Source of the DNA: a bacterium | GTDB taxonomy: Bacteria; Hydrothermota; 32-111 | DNA length: 20,573 nucleotides | Direction: 5' to 3' | Assembly (NCBI GenBank): GCA_050239825.1 | Contig: JBFXGO010000035.1 | Location: 4,008 to 24,580, forward strand | In this document: positions 1-9,670 of the stretch, piece by piece | Position numbering within the stretch: the stretch's first letter is position 1 | Layout: every line of letters begins with the position of its first letter | Made by a program: the position numbers and the translations under genes | The notes under the pieces: model-generated | Told to the model about the DNA's origin: nothing | Database searches by the model: none | The model's input: the letters and a program-made list of their open reading frames with translations, nothing else

Positions 1-35
1 AGCTCACCAGCCAACCGGCTTACCATTTTACCATC
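1..35 (+). repeat. Tail of a degenerate 8-bp tandem repeat (YYACCAGC family), probably cut by the window edge
   Basis: AGC|TCACCAGC|CAACCGGC|TTACCATT|TTACCATC; same octamer type as in the 81-bp repeat at 20108-20452. Confidence 0.6.
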
Positions 36-51
36 GTTTATCCTTTATTTA

Positions 52-80
52 TTGACATTTACGCATTTTTCTGATAATAT
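52..80 (+). promoter_or_regulatory. sigma70/sigmaA-type promoter for the operon
   Basis: Perfect TTGACA (52-57), 17-nt spacer, TAATAT (75-80) with extended -10 TG at 72-73; AGGAGGT Shine-Dalgarno at 107-113. Confidence 0.8.
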
Positions 81-113
81 ATATTTTTTAATTTTCTTAT
101 CTTATTAGGAGGT

Positions 114-1430
114 ATGATGACTTATAAAATAGATGCAAGAGCAGTTCATTCTGAACTCTCAAAGTTTATGCTTGCCGACGGTTTTGATATTGTATTTGAC
201 AATGAGAAATCGCACGGCTCCTATTTCTATGATGCAAAGAATCAAAGAGAGATTCTTGATTTCTTCACATTCTTCGCCTCTTCGCCGATAGGATTTAACC
301 ATCAAAAAATGCGCACTCGGGAATTCATTGAGAAGATAGGCAAAATAGCGCTTCATAAGCCTTCCAATTCGGATATTTACACTGTGGAGATGGCTGAATT
401 TGTTTCTACATTTGCAAGAGTTGCAAAACCTGAATGGATGAAATACCTTTTCTTTGTTTCAGGAGGAGCGCTTGCGGTTGAAAATGCCTTGAAGACCGCA
501 TTCGACTGGAAAATAAGAATGAACCTATCCAAGGGAAAGGGAGAGAAAGGTAAAAAAGTTCTTCATTTCAAGCATGCTTTCCACGGAAGAAGCGGATACA
601 CACTCTCTCTTACAAACACATTTGACCCGAGAAAGACAAAATACTTTCCCAAATTTGAATGGCCCAGAGTCGAGAGTCCGGCTCTTCGTTTTCCTATAGA
701 TGAAAAAGAGATCGCAAGAGTCGCCAAAGAAGAAGAAAAGATATTGAATGAAATTAAGCAGATAATCAAAGCCGACCATGATGACATAGCCGCTCTGATA
801 ATTGAACCCATACAGGCGGAGGGCGGGGACAGACACTTCAGAGAGGAGTTCTTCAAAGAATTGAGAAGAATAACTCTCGAGAATGACATACTCTTCATTG
901 TTGACGAAGTGCAGACAGGAATGGGGCTGACGGGAAAATTCTGGTGCATTGAGCATTACAATGTAATGCCTGACATCATTGCATTCGGAAAGAAAGCGCA
1001 GATATGCGGTATAATAGTGTCGGAGAGAGTGGATGAAGTTGAAGACCATGTCTTTATCGAATCTTCAAGGATAAATTCAACATGGGGAGGAAATCTCGTT
1101 GACATGGTAAGGTCCGATTATATACTCAGAATAATGGAAGAGGAAAAGCTTGTTGAAAATGCGGATAAAATCGGTTCTCATCTTCTCTCAAAGATGGTAG
1201 GACTGAAGTCAGACAAGATTTCAAATGTCCGAGGAAAAGGGCTTCTGATTGCTTTTGACCTCTCTGATTCAGCAAAACGCGACAGAATGTTCGACAAACT
1301 CTTTGAAAACGGGCTCTTTGCAATCAAATGCGGTGAAAAATCTATCCGTTTCCGTCCGCCTTTGAACCTTTCAAAGGAGGAAGCCGACAGAGGAGTCGAA
1401 ATTCTTGAAAAATCTCTTAAAGAAATATAG
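114..1430 (+). CDS. lat: L-lysine 6-transaminase (class III PLP aminotransferase)
   Basis: KPSNSDIY, AFHGRSGYTLSLTNT, EPIQAEGGD, DEVQTG, PLP-lysine region FGKKAQICG, SSRINSTWGGNLVDM; start may be ATG at 117. Confidence 0.88.
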   Translation: MMTYKIDARAVHSELSKFMLADGFDIVFDNEKSHGSYFYDAKNQREILDFFTFFASSPIGFNHQKMRTREFIEKIGKIALHKPSNSDIYTVEMAEFVSTFARVAKPEWMKYLFFVSGGALAVENALKTAFDWKIRMNLSKGKGEKGKKVLHFKHAFHGRSGYTLSLTNTFDPRKTKYFPKFEWPRVESPALRFPIDEKEIARVAKEEEKILNEIKQIIKADHDDIAALIIEPIQAEGGDRHFREEFFKELRRITLENDILFIVDEVQTGMGLTGKFWCIEHYNVMPDIIAFGKKAQICGIIVSERVDEVEDHVFIESSRINSTWGGNLVDMVRSDYILRIMEEEKLVENADKIGSHLLSKMVGLKSDKISNVRGKGLLIAFDLSDSAKRDRMFDKLFENGLFAIKCGEKSIRFRPPLNLSKEEADRGVEILEKSLKEI

Positions 1431-1447
1431 AGGCAAAGTAAAAAAAT

Positions 1448-3157
1448 ATGCGATTATCAAAGATTTTATTTGCGACTCTCAAAGAAGCGCCGAAGGACGC
1501 TGAAGTAATTTCTCACAAGCTGATGATGAGGGCAGGATATATCCGTCAGACTGCGAGCGGAGTTTACTCTTATCTTCCGTTCGGTTTGAAACTCATCAAT
1601 AATGTGAGAAAAATAATCAAAGAGGAGATGGACAAAATCGGCGGGCAGGAGCTTCTTCTCCCAATGCTAACTCCAAAGGAAATTTGGGAAGAGACCGGAA
1701 GATGGAAGGATTTCGGAGATGGAATGTTCAGAGTGAAAGACAGAAAAAACAGAGAGTTCGCTCTTTCTCCCACGCATGAAGAGATTATCACAGACCTTGC
1801 AAGGAGAGAAATAAAATCCTACAAAGAGCTTCCGCAGATATGGTATCAGATTCAGACTAAATTCAGGGATGAACCTAGGCCGAGAAGCGGACTTCTGAGA
1901 GTGCGCCAGTTCGAGATGAAGGATTCTTACTCTCTTGATGTTGATTTTGAAAAGCTCAACACTTCTTATGAGATGCACAGAGAAGCTTACAACAGGATAT
2001 TTAAAAGATGCGGGCTTGATTTTGCAGTTGTAAAGGCATCTTCCGGAGTAATGGGAGGAAAAAAATCCGAAGAGTTTATGGCATTTTCACAGAATGGAGA
2101 AGATGATATAATAATATGCTCTTCATGCAAAGCCGCATTCAATTCCGAAGTTGCCAGATGCAGACTTGACTATTCGGACGGCAAGAGCGGGGAATTGAAG
2201 GAAATTCACACTCCGGTGGATGGCACTGTTGACAGTGTGAGCAGTTTTCTCAAAACTGAAAAGTCATCTCTTATGAAATCAATACTCTTCATCGTTGAAT
2301 CAATTCCAATATTTGCCATTATACCGGGTGACAGAGAAATTGATGAAAACAAACTTTCCATAATTTGGGGAGAAAAATTCAGATACGCTTCGCCGGAAGA
2401 GATAGAGAAATTCGTTTCAGCTCCTAAAGGATTCATCTCTCCGATCGGGAAGGACATAAAAGCATTTGCCGACATCTCGCTTAAAGGCAGAGTCAACTTA
2501 GTTTCAGGCGCAAATAAAAAAGATTATCACTATACAGGCATTGATATGGCAAGAGATGTAAAGAATGCCGAGTTCGCAGATTTGATAAAAGTGAATAACG
2601 GCGATAAATGCCCGGACTGCGGAGGAGAACTTAAAATCATCAAGACAATTGAAATAGGTCATATATTTCAATTGGGCACGAAATATTCGGAGCCGATGCA
2701 GGCAGTTTATTTGGATGCAGAGGGAAATAGAAAACCGATAGTCATGGGTTCGTATGGAATAGGTGTCGGAAGAGTCGCTTCCACAATAGCCGAGCAATAC
2801 AATGATAAAGACGGACTCAAGTGGCCGATGCCTATTGCTCCATTCAAGGTTTCAGTGATTCCTCTTGCTGTAAATGAAGAGAATCAGATGAATTCGGCGA
2901 AAGAACTATATGACAGACTCTCGGATATTGATGTTCTTCTTGATGACAGAGACATAAGCCCCGGTGTAAAATTCAAGGACGCGGATCTTATAGGTGTGCC
3001 GATAAAGGTTATTTTCGGCAGAACCTTCTCCGCCGAAAATAAGGTAGAAATAGCATTAAGATTTGATAATTCAAAGCACATTCTGCCTCTTTGCGAGGCT
3101 GAAGAGTATATAAGAAAAATCATAAAAGAGGAGATGGAAAAGTACAATGCAGTATGA
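1448..3157 (+). CDS. proS: Proline--tRNA ligase (bacterial type with INS editing domain)
   Basis: SHKLMMRAGYI, LSPTHEE, KFRDEPRPRSGLLRVRQFEMKDSYS, EIGHIFQLGTKYS, MGSYGIG, KFKDADLIG. Confidence 0.98.
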   Translation: MRLSKILFATLKEAPKDAEVISHKLMMRAGYIRQTASGVYSYLPFGLKLINNVRKIIKEEMDKIGGQELLLPMLTPKEIWEETGRWKDFGDGMFRVKDRKNREFALSPTHEEIITDLARREIKSYKELPQIWYQIQTKFRDEPRPRSGLLRVRQFEMKDSYSLDVDFEKLNTSYEMHREAYNRIFKRCGLDFAVVKASSGVMGGKKSEEFMAFSQNGEDDIIICSSCKAAFNSEVARCRLDYSDGKSGELKEIHTPVDGTVDSVSSFLKTEKSSLMKSILFIVESIPIFAIIPGDREIDENKLSIIWGEKFRYASPEEIEKFVSAPKGFISPIGKDIKAFADISLKGRVNLVSGANKKDYHYTGIDMARDVKNAEFADLIKVNNGDKCPDCGGELKIIKTIEIGHIFQLGTKYSEPMQAVYLDAEGNRKPIVMGSYGIGVGRVASTIAEQYNDKDGLKWPMPIAPFKVSVIPLAVNEENQMNSAKELYDRLSDIDVLLDDRDISPGVKFKDADLIGVPIKVIFGRTFSAENKVEIALRFDNSKHILPLCEAEEYIRKIIKEEMEKYNAV

Positions 3158-3422
3158 CCAATTGAAAGAGAAAATCGTCGGCATTGCAGAGAATCTCATA
3201 TCACGGGATGACATTGAGAAGAGGACATTGAAGCTGAGAGAGGTCTTCGTTTCCCATTCGTCGCATCCGATTGTGAGAATCTACATTGACAAAGAGGGTG
3301 GAGTTAACATTTCAGACATTGAATATTTTCACAGACAGCTTGAAATGTTGCTCGATGCTGAAGACCTTATTAAATCAAGATACACTCTGGAGGTTTCCTC
3401 TCCCGGTGTTGATAAAAAGTGA
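3147..3422 (+). CDS. rimP: Ribosome maturation factor RimP, N-terminal domain only (91 aa)
   Basis: VRIYIDKEGGVNISDI and YTLEVSSPG motifs; directly upstream of nusA. Confidence 0.85.
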   Translation: MQYDQLKEKIVGIAENLISRDDIEKRTLKLREVFVSHSSHPIVRIYIDKEGGVNISDIEYFHRQLEMLLDAEDLIKSRYTLEVSSPGVDKK

Positions 3423-3438
3423 TAACAGGAGGTACCGT

Positions 3439-4704
3439 GTGGATACAAGGGAAATAATTGACGCTATGAAGGAGATCGGGGCTGTCAAAAACATAGACAA
3501 AAGTTGCGTAAAACTCATCATAGAGGATGCAATCAAGAAAGCCGCCGCCAAGCAGTTCGGCGAAGGAGCAGAGTACAGGGTAGATGTCAACGAGGCGACC
3601 GGAGTAATTGACATTAAGCGCGTTCTGAAAATAGTAGAGGAAGTCGAAGAGCCTGATTTTGAAATTTCTCTGACTGAAGCGCGTGAATTTGACGAATCTG
3701 TGGAGCTCGGCGATGACTTTATTGAAGAGCTTTCAATAAGCGACTTCGGCAGAAAAGCAATAATAACTATGAAACAGTACATCACCTCAAATGTTCTGAA
3801 GGAGGAGAGAGTATCTCTTTTCAATGATTTCTCAACCAAGATAGACAATCTTGTGAATGGAAATATCAAGAAAATAGACAAAAAATATGTATATGTTAAT
3901 CTTCACAGAATTGAAGCAAAAATGCCTCTCGACGAAGGAATCCCCGGAGAAAGATACAGACTCGGCGGACTCATCAAGGCAGTGGTGCGTGAGGTAAAGG
4001 AGACCAAGGGCGACCCCGAGATAGTATTATCGAGAAAATCGGAAAAGTTCCTTCAAAAGCTTCTTGAGTTTGAAGTTCCTGAAATTGAAGAGGGAACGGT
4101 CGTTATAAAAGGCATAGCAAGAATTCCCGGAAAGAAATCCAAAATAGCGGTTATGTCTGTTGATGACAAGATAGACCCTGTGGGAGCCTGCGTCGGAGTC
4201 AAGGGCTCAAGGATTCACACAATCATACGAGAGCTTAACAATGAGCATATAGATATAATTCAGTGGTCTAATGACCCAATTATATACACTCAGAGAGTGA
4301 TATCTCCCGGAGTTGTGATAAGAGCCTTCAAGAATGAAGACACGAAGGTAATGAAGCTTGTAGTGAAGGACGACACGCTTCCAAAAGCCGTCGGCAAGGA
4401 AGGAATCAATGTTGACCTTGCAAGCAAACTGACAAATTGGAAGATTCAGGTCATTGGAGAGAGTGAATTCATGGAAGCTTCAAAGGAGAGCGACAATATA
4501 AATCCGATTTACAGGCTTGAAAACCTTACAGAGAACCAGAAAGAAAAATTGATTGAATACGGATTTAAGAAGGTCGAGGAAATAATAGAGAAAGGAGAGG
4601 ACGAATTGGTAAAGATAGAAGGAATAGGGAAAAAGCTCGCGAAAAAGGTCGTTGAAGCCGCAGAAGAATTTTTAAAACCAGCAGAGAAAAATGAAAATGA
4701 GTGA
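3439..4704 (+). CDS. nusA: Transcription termination/antitermination factor NusA
   Basis: S1/KH motifs (IVLSR, EVPEI, ARIPG, DPVGACVGVKGSRI, GKEGINVDLASKLT) and C-terminal HhH (IEGIGKK). Start re-assigned to GTG 3439 after AGGAGGT (3427-3433); the track start at 3286 overlaps rimP. Confidence 0.96.
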   Translation: MDTREIIDAMKEIGAVKNIDKSCVKLIIEDAIKKAAAKQFGEGAEYRVDVNEATGVIDIKRVLKIVEEVEEPDFEISLTEAREFDESVELGDDFIEELSISDFGRKAIITMKQYITSNVLKEERVSLFNDFSTKIDNLVNGNIKKIDKKYVYVNLHRIEAKMPLDEGIPGERYRLGGLIKAVVREVKETKGDPEIVLSRKSEKFLQKLLEFEVPEIEEGTVVIKGIARIPGKKSKIAVMSVDDKIDPVGACVGVKGSRIHTIIRELNNEHIDIIQWSNDPIIYTQRVISPGVVIRAFKNEDTKVMKLVVKDDTLPKAVGKEGINVDLASKLTNWKIQVIGESEFMEASKESDNINPIYRLENLTENQKEKLIEYGFKKVEEIIEKGEDELVKIEGIGKKLAKKVVEAAEEFLKPAEKNENE

Positions 4705-7339
4705 AATGCAGTTTAATACTCTGGCCAAGGAACTCGGCTTAAAATCCACCGACCTTATTAAGGCTGTAAAAAAGAAGTTCAAGGAAGCAGACATCAAAGA
4801 GAAGGCATACACTGCAAAAATGAAACCCGAATGGGTTGATTACTGCAGAATGCGTTTTTCAAAGCCTGATAAGATTGAAAAAGACAAGAAAAGTCAATCA
4901 GAGGCAGATTTTCAGGAACACGCGCAGACGCAGACAAAATCAGGAAGAAAATTCGTAAAAATTGAAAAACACATCAAGGAAGAACCTAAGCCCACAGAAG
5001 AGGAATTGAAAAAGATCGAGGATGAAAGAATCACCGCTATTAAGCTCGCCGAAGAAGAGAAGGCGCTTCTTGAGAAGAGAGAAAAAGAAGAGAGAGATGC
5101 AAAAGCGGCTATGGAGCTTGAAGAGAAGAAAAAAAGAGAGCAGGCCGAGAAAAAGGGCATGGTTGAAGTCAAAATTCATGAAGAAAAGAAGGATGAAGTC
5201 AAGACAACAGATAAAAAAGATGGTGAGCGTCCAAGACATGAATATAAACCTCAGCCCAAACCCGGTTCAATTCATCCGTCTCAACACAATGGACCGCAGC
5301 AGCCTTACAAGAAATTTGAAAAACAGCACAGCTTCTCTCAACAGCCGGCGCATAAACCGTCTTTTGAAGAAGTAAAGCCTGTCACAGAGAATGAAGGCAA
5401 AACTGTCACCTCAGAAGACATCTATTCAAAAAAGAAAAAGAAGAAGAGAAAAAAGAACATAGTTGATAAGGCAAAGATAGCCGAGTCAGTCGAAAAAACT
5501 CTTAAGGTTATAAGAGTAGGCAATATAACAGCCAAAAAGAAGCACAAAGAAAAATCCAAAGATGATTCGACTGATGAAGATACAAAGAAAATCTCAATAA
5601 CCGACTACATTGTCCTGTCAGACCTCGCGGACAAGATGCTGATTGATGCTGTCGAACTCATCGAGAAGGCTATTGAGATGGGAATCATGGTTACTATAAA
5701 TCAGAGAATCGATTTTGAAAATGCGTCGCTTTTGGCTATGGAGTTCGGATTTGAAGTTCAAAGAATAAAAGAAGAGGCGGCTGAACAGAAAGAGCTTGAT
5801 GAACAGGCGACTGAAGATGAATCATTTGAAAAGGTGCATCGTCCTCCTGTTGTCACCATCATGGGGCATGTCGACCATGGAAAGACGACTTTGATAGATT
5901 TTTTAAGAAAATCACGGATAGTCGACACAGAGCATGGAAGAATAACGCAGGATATAGGAGCATACACAATAAAAACGGAACACGGAACAATCACTGTCAT
6001 TGATACTCCCGGACACGAGGCATTCACAGCGATGAGGGCGAGGGGAGCGAAGATTACTGATATGTCAATAATTGTCATTGCAGGAAATGACGGTGTGATG
6101 CCACAGACAATTGAGGCAATCAATCACTGTAAAATCGCCGGCGTTCCATTCATTATTGCCATAAACAAAATTGATCTTCCAGATTCCGATATAGATAAAA
6201 TCAAAAGACAGCTTCTTTCCAACAATGTAATTTTATCCGAATTCGGCGGAAGTGTTCCTTCTGTAAACATATCGGCAAAGACGGGAAAGGGTGTCGACAA
6301 CCTTGTTGAATCAATTCTGATACAAGCTGAACTTATGGATTTGAAAGCTGTCGTACAGGGAACCGTAAGGGGCACTGTTATTGAGGTAAAGCAGGATAAG
6401 GGGCTCGGCTCGGTTATAAACTGCGTGATACAGAGAGGCATTCTCAAGAAAGAAGACATATTCGTCGTGGGAATGGTCTATGGAAAAGTCAGAAAGATGC
6501 TGAACGAGTTTAAGGACGAGATCAAAGAGGCGACTCCTTCGATGCCTGTTATGATTGTCGGAGCAAGCGCTCTTCCTGAAGTCGGAGACAATTTCATGAC
6601 AGTAGCCGACGAAAAAACCGCGAGGGAGATTGCGCGGAAACGTTATTTTGCCTATAAAGAACAGCTTGTAAAGAAGAGAGAGATTACATCACTCGACGGT
6701 TTTGAAAAACAGCTGGAGCTTTTGAAGAAGAAAGAGATAAAACTGATACTCAAAGGAAAGGTATACGGAGCCATTGAGGCTCTTGCGGATTCATTGCAGG
6801 TTATGACAAATGATGAGGTCCTCATTACCGTTATATACAAAGAGGTCGGCATAGTGACTGAGAATGATGTCAATGCTGCAATAGCATCAAAAGCAATGAT
6901 TGTGGCATTCAGCACATCCATCGACAACAATGCAAGAGTGCTTGCTAAGAGGGAAGGCGTCATAATTAAACAGTATAATATTATCTATGATGTGCTTGAC
7001 GATGTTACGACTGCAATAAAATCCATGAATGAGCCTGTATTTGAAAATATTATCACAGGAACGGCTGAGGTCAGACAGGTATTCAAAATATCTAAACTGG
7101 GCTCTGTAGCCGGACTCTATGTGACCGAAGGATTCATAAGCAGAAACGGAATGATCAATGTCCTCAGAAGCGGCAATGATCTCGGGACTTTCCCGGTAAA
7201 GACCCTCAAAAGATTCAAGGACGACGCAAAACAGGTTGAAGCGGGTTTTGAATGCGCAATTCTTCTTGACGGTTTCAACGATTTTGAGGAAGGAGACATT
7301 TTGAAGTCCATAAGCAAAGTGAAGAAGGAGACACAGTAA
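4691..7339 (+). CDS. infB: Translation initiation factor IF-2
   Basis: RPPVVTIMGHVDHGKTT, DTPGHEAFTAMRARGA, NKID, SAKTG, LKRFKDD; charged N-terminal region; start may be 4697. Confidence 0.98.
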   Translation: MKMSEMQFNTLAKELGLKSTDLIKAVKKKFKEADIKEKAYTAKMKPEWVDYCRMRFSKPDKIEKDKKSQSEADFQEHAQTQTKSGRKFVKIEKHIKEEPKPTEEELKKIEDERITAIKLAEEEKALLEKREKEERDAKAAMELEEKKKREQAEKKGMVEVKIHEEKKDEVKTTDKKDGERPRHEYKPQPKPGSIHPSQHNGPQQPYKKFEKQHSFSQQPAHKPSFEEVKPVTENEGKTVTSEDIYSKKKKKKRKKNIVDKAKIAESVEKTLKVIRVGNITAKKKHKEKSKDDSTDEDTKKISITDYIVLSDLADKMLIDAVELIEKAIEMGIMVTINQRIDFENASLLAMEFGFEVQRIKEEAAEQKELDEQATEDESFEKVHRPPVVTIMGHVDHGKTTLIDFLRKSRIVDTEHGRITQDIGAYTIKTEHGTITVIDTPGHEAFTAMRARGAKITDMSIIVIAGNDGVMPQTIEAINHCKIAGVPFIIAINKIDLPDSDIDKIKRQLLSNNVILSEFGGSVPSVNISAKTGKGVDNLVESILIQAELMDLKAVVQGTVRGTVIEVKQDKGLGSVINCVIQRGILKKEDIFVVGMVYGKVRKMLNEFKDEIKEATPSMPVMIVGASALPEVGDNFMTVADEKTAREIARKRYFAYKEQLVKKREITSLDGFEKQLELLKKKEIKLILKGKVYGAIEALADSLQVMTNDEVLITVIYKEVGIVTENDVNAAIASKAMIVAFSTSIDNNARVLAKREGVIIKQYNIIYDVLDDVTTAIKSMNEPVFENIITGTAEVRQVFKISKLGSVAGLYVTEGFISRNGMINVLRSGNDLGTFPVKTLKRFKDDAKQVEAGFECAILLDGFNDFEEGDILKSISKVKKETQ

Positions 7340-7696
7340 ATGGTGAGTGAAAGAAGACAGAAGCGGATTGAGGGCGAAATTCAAAAGGTTATTGCATCAG
7401 GCCTTGAGCTTCTCACAGACCCGCATCTTCGTCTTGTCACTGTCACGCGAGTAGAGGTCTCCGATGACATGAAGACTGCCGTTGTTTTCTATGTTTCGCA
7501 TAAAAAAAACGATCAAATTCAACAGCATCTGAATAAAATAAGAGGAATGATGAGAGCAAAACTGGGAAAGGAGATAAATCTCCGATATACTCCTGAGGTG
7601 TTTTTTGAATTAGACAAGGGACTGGACTACCAAATGTCAATGGATAATTTGTTCAAGCAGATAACAAATGAAGAGAGCGGCAAAGAAGATTCTTGA
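7340..7696 (+). CDS. rbfA: 30S ribosome-binding factor RbfA
   Basis: DPHL..VTVTRVEVSDD, LRYTPEVFFELD; abuts the infB stop. Confidence 0.93.
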   Translation: MVSERRQKRIEGEIQKVIASGLELLTDPHLRLVTVTRVEVSDDMKTAVVFYVSHKKNDQIQQHLNKIRGMMRAKLGKEINLRYTPEVFFELDKGLDYQMSMDNLFKQITNEESGKEDS

Positions 7697-8618
7697 TTCT
7701 CATTCGATTCTCGTAGTTTCGCACAAGAGGCCTGACGGCGATTCTATAGGGTCTCAACTCGGACTGATATCAGGATTGAAAAAAATGGAAAAGAAAGTTC
7801 TTTGCCTGAACGAAGACCCTGTTCCTGAAATGTTCTCATTTTTAAGGAACAGCAGGTCCATAAAAAACACTTCGGTTATCAAATTTTCACCTGACCTTAT
7901 AATATGCCTTGATATTTCAAATCTTGAAAGAACCGGCGAAAGAATCTTTTCATTTTTGAAAGATTCACACTCATTCAAATTGAATATTGACCATCATGTA
8001 TCCAACGAATATTTCGGAGATATGAATATTGTCGATACGAATGCTTCATCCACAAGCGAGCTTGTTTATGATCTTCTTGTTAATCTCGACGTTGATATAA
8101 GCAGAGATATTGCCGAACCTCTGCTTGCCGGAATAGTTACTGATACAGGAAGTTTCAGATTTTCAAATGTAACCGCAAAGACTCTTAGATGCGCGGCATA
8201 TCTTCTTGAAAAGAAAGCAGACATCAGCCGCATATCAACTGAAGTGTATATGTCAAAACCTCTGTCAAAAGTCAGACTCTCATCCAAAGTGTTGGAGAGA
8301 ATGGAGATAATCGCCGACAAATCATTTTCATATCTTCTCTCTGATGACTTTAAATCATACAACGCCAAAATGGAGTATACGGAAGGTTTGGTAAATGAAA
8401 TCCTGAACATTCAAGGAATTAATTTTGCTGTTTTGCTCACAGAAGAAAGCAAAAACTTCTGCAGACTCTCATTCAGAAGCAAAGACAAAAAATATGATGC
8501 AAACAAATTTGCCGAAAAATTCGATGGCGGAGGCCACAAGTTCGCGGCGGGTGGAAGATTAAAAGAGAAAGCCGAGATTGCGCTGAAAAAACTTAAGAGG
8601 GAGCTTATAAATTTATGA
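7668..8618 (+). CDS. nrnA: DHH/DHHA1 phosphoesterase (NrnA-like nanoRNase/pAp phosphatase)
   Basis: HKRPDGDSIGS, IDHH, GIVTDTGSFRF, SFRS, GGGHKFAAG; usual position after rbfA. Confidence 0.88.
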   Translation: MKRAAKKILDSHSILVVSHKRPDGDSIGSQLGLISGLKKMEKKVLCLNEDPVPEMFSFLRNSRSIKNTSVIKFSPDLIICLDISNLERTGERIFSFLKDSHSFKLNIDHHVSNEYFGDMNIVDTNASSTSELVYDLLVNLDVDISRDIAEPLLAGIVTDTGSFRFSNVTAKTLRCAAYLLEKKADISRISTEVYMSKPLSKVRLSSKVLERMEIIADKSFSYLLSDDFKSYNAKMEYTEGLVNEILNIQGINFAVLLTEESKNFCRLSFRSKDKKYDANKFAEKFDGGGHKFAAGGRLKEKAEIALKKLKRELINL

Positions 8619-9670
8619 AGAGGATAGTCACGGTAATAGGCGCAAGGCCTCAGTTTATAAAGCATGCTCCGGTGCAGAGAGAGCTAAAAAAGCATTTCAG
8701 TGAAATAACCATTCATACCGGACAGCATTACGATGATAATATGTCTGATATATTTTTTAGGGAGATGAATATTAAAAAACCGGAATTTAATCTTGAAGTC
8801 GGTTCGTCTTCCCATGCAATTCAAACAGGAATGATGATGGAGCGGCTGGAGCCGTTATTCAGAGAGACAAAACCGGATATGGTTGTAATTTACGGAGACA
8901 CTAATTCCACGGTAGCCGCATCTTTGACAGCTGCAAAGATGCATATTCCGGTATCCCATATAGAGGCAGGTCTCAGAAGCTTCAACATGAGAATGCCTGA
9001 AGAAATAAACAGGATAGTCGCCGACAGGCTTTCAAACATGCTGTTCGCTCCCACTGCGGAAGCGATGAAGAATCTTAAAAGAGAGAATCTGAAAGGCATA
9101 CTGACAGGCGATGTAATGCTCGATGCATTTATGCATTTCAGTAAAAAAGCAGACAACATGGATATATCGGACATGCTTTGGGGACTGAAAATGAATGAGT
9201 ATATTTACATGACAATTCACAGAGAAGACAACACGATTCCGGAGAATCTTAAAGTATTATTGAATAATATTTTCAGAATAAATCTGCCGATTGTATTCCC
9301 CGTGCATCCACGCACTTTGAAAATACTCAATAAATTGTATAAAATCAAACACGGGAGAATGAAAAATATATATTTCATTGAACCTCAGGGCTATATTAAA
9401 AACATCGCTCTGCTGAAAGGTGCAAAGGTGGTTATCACAGATTCGGGCGGTCTTCAGAAAGAGGCATACTTTGCTAAAAAAAATACGATTACTCTGCGAG
9501 AAGAGACGGAATGGACTGAAACAGTCGATTCCGGATACAACATTCTTTGTCCTTGCGCAGAGAACATAGATAAATTGATTTACGGGAAGAGAAAGACGGT
9601 TTATAAAAATTATTATGGAAAAGGAAATGCTTCGCGGATAATAACAGATAAAATCAAGGAGATTCTATGA
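8615..9670 (+). CDS. wecB: Non-hydrolysing UDP-N-acetylglucosamine 2-epimerase family protein (WecB/WbpI-like)
   Basis: GARPQFIK, HTGQHYD, YGDTNST, HIEAGLRS, MPEEINR, TDSGGLQKEA, TLREETEW. Confidence 0.9.
   Translation: MKRIVTVIGARPQFIKHAPVQRELKKHFSEITIHTGQHYDDNMSDIFFREMNIKKPEFNLEVGSSSHAIQTGMMMERLEPLFRETKPDMVVIYGDTNSTVAASLTAAKMHIPVSHIEAGLRSFNMRMPEEINRIVADRLSNMLFAPTAEAMKNLKRENLKGILTGDVMLDAFMHFSKKADNMDISDMLWGLKMNEYIYMTIHREDNTIPENLKVLLNNIFRINLPIVFPVHPRTLKILNKLYKIKHGRMKNIYFIEPQGYIKNIALLKGAKVVITDSGGLQKEAYFAKKNTITLREETEWTETVDSGYNILCPCAENIDKLIYGKRKTVYKNYYGKGNASRIITDKIKEIL

Noticed and set aside
3286..3438. N-terminal extension of NusA in the ORF track
   Set aside because: Overlaps rimP in another frame; a strong SD supports GTG 3439
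5428..5455. A-rich tract in infB as a slippage or frameshift site
   Set aside because: Encodes the usual lysine-rich IF-2 linker (KKKKKKRKK) and the frame is intact
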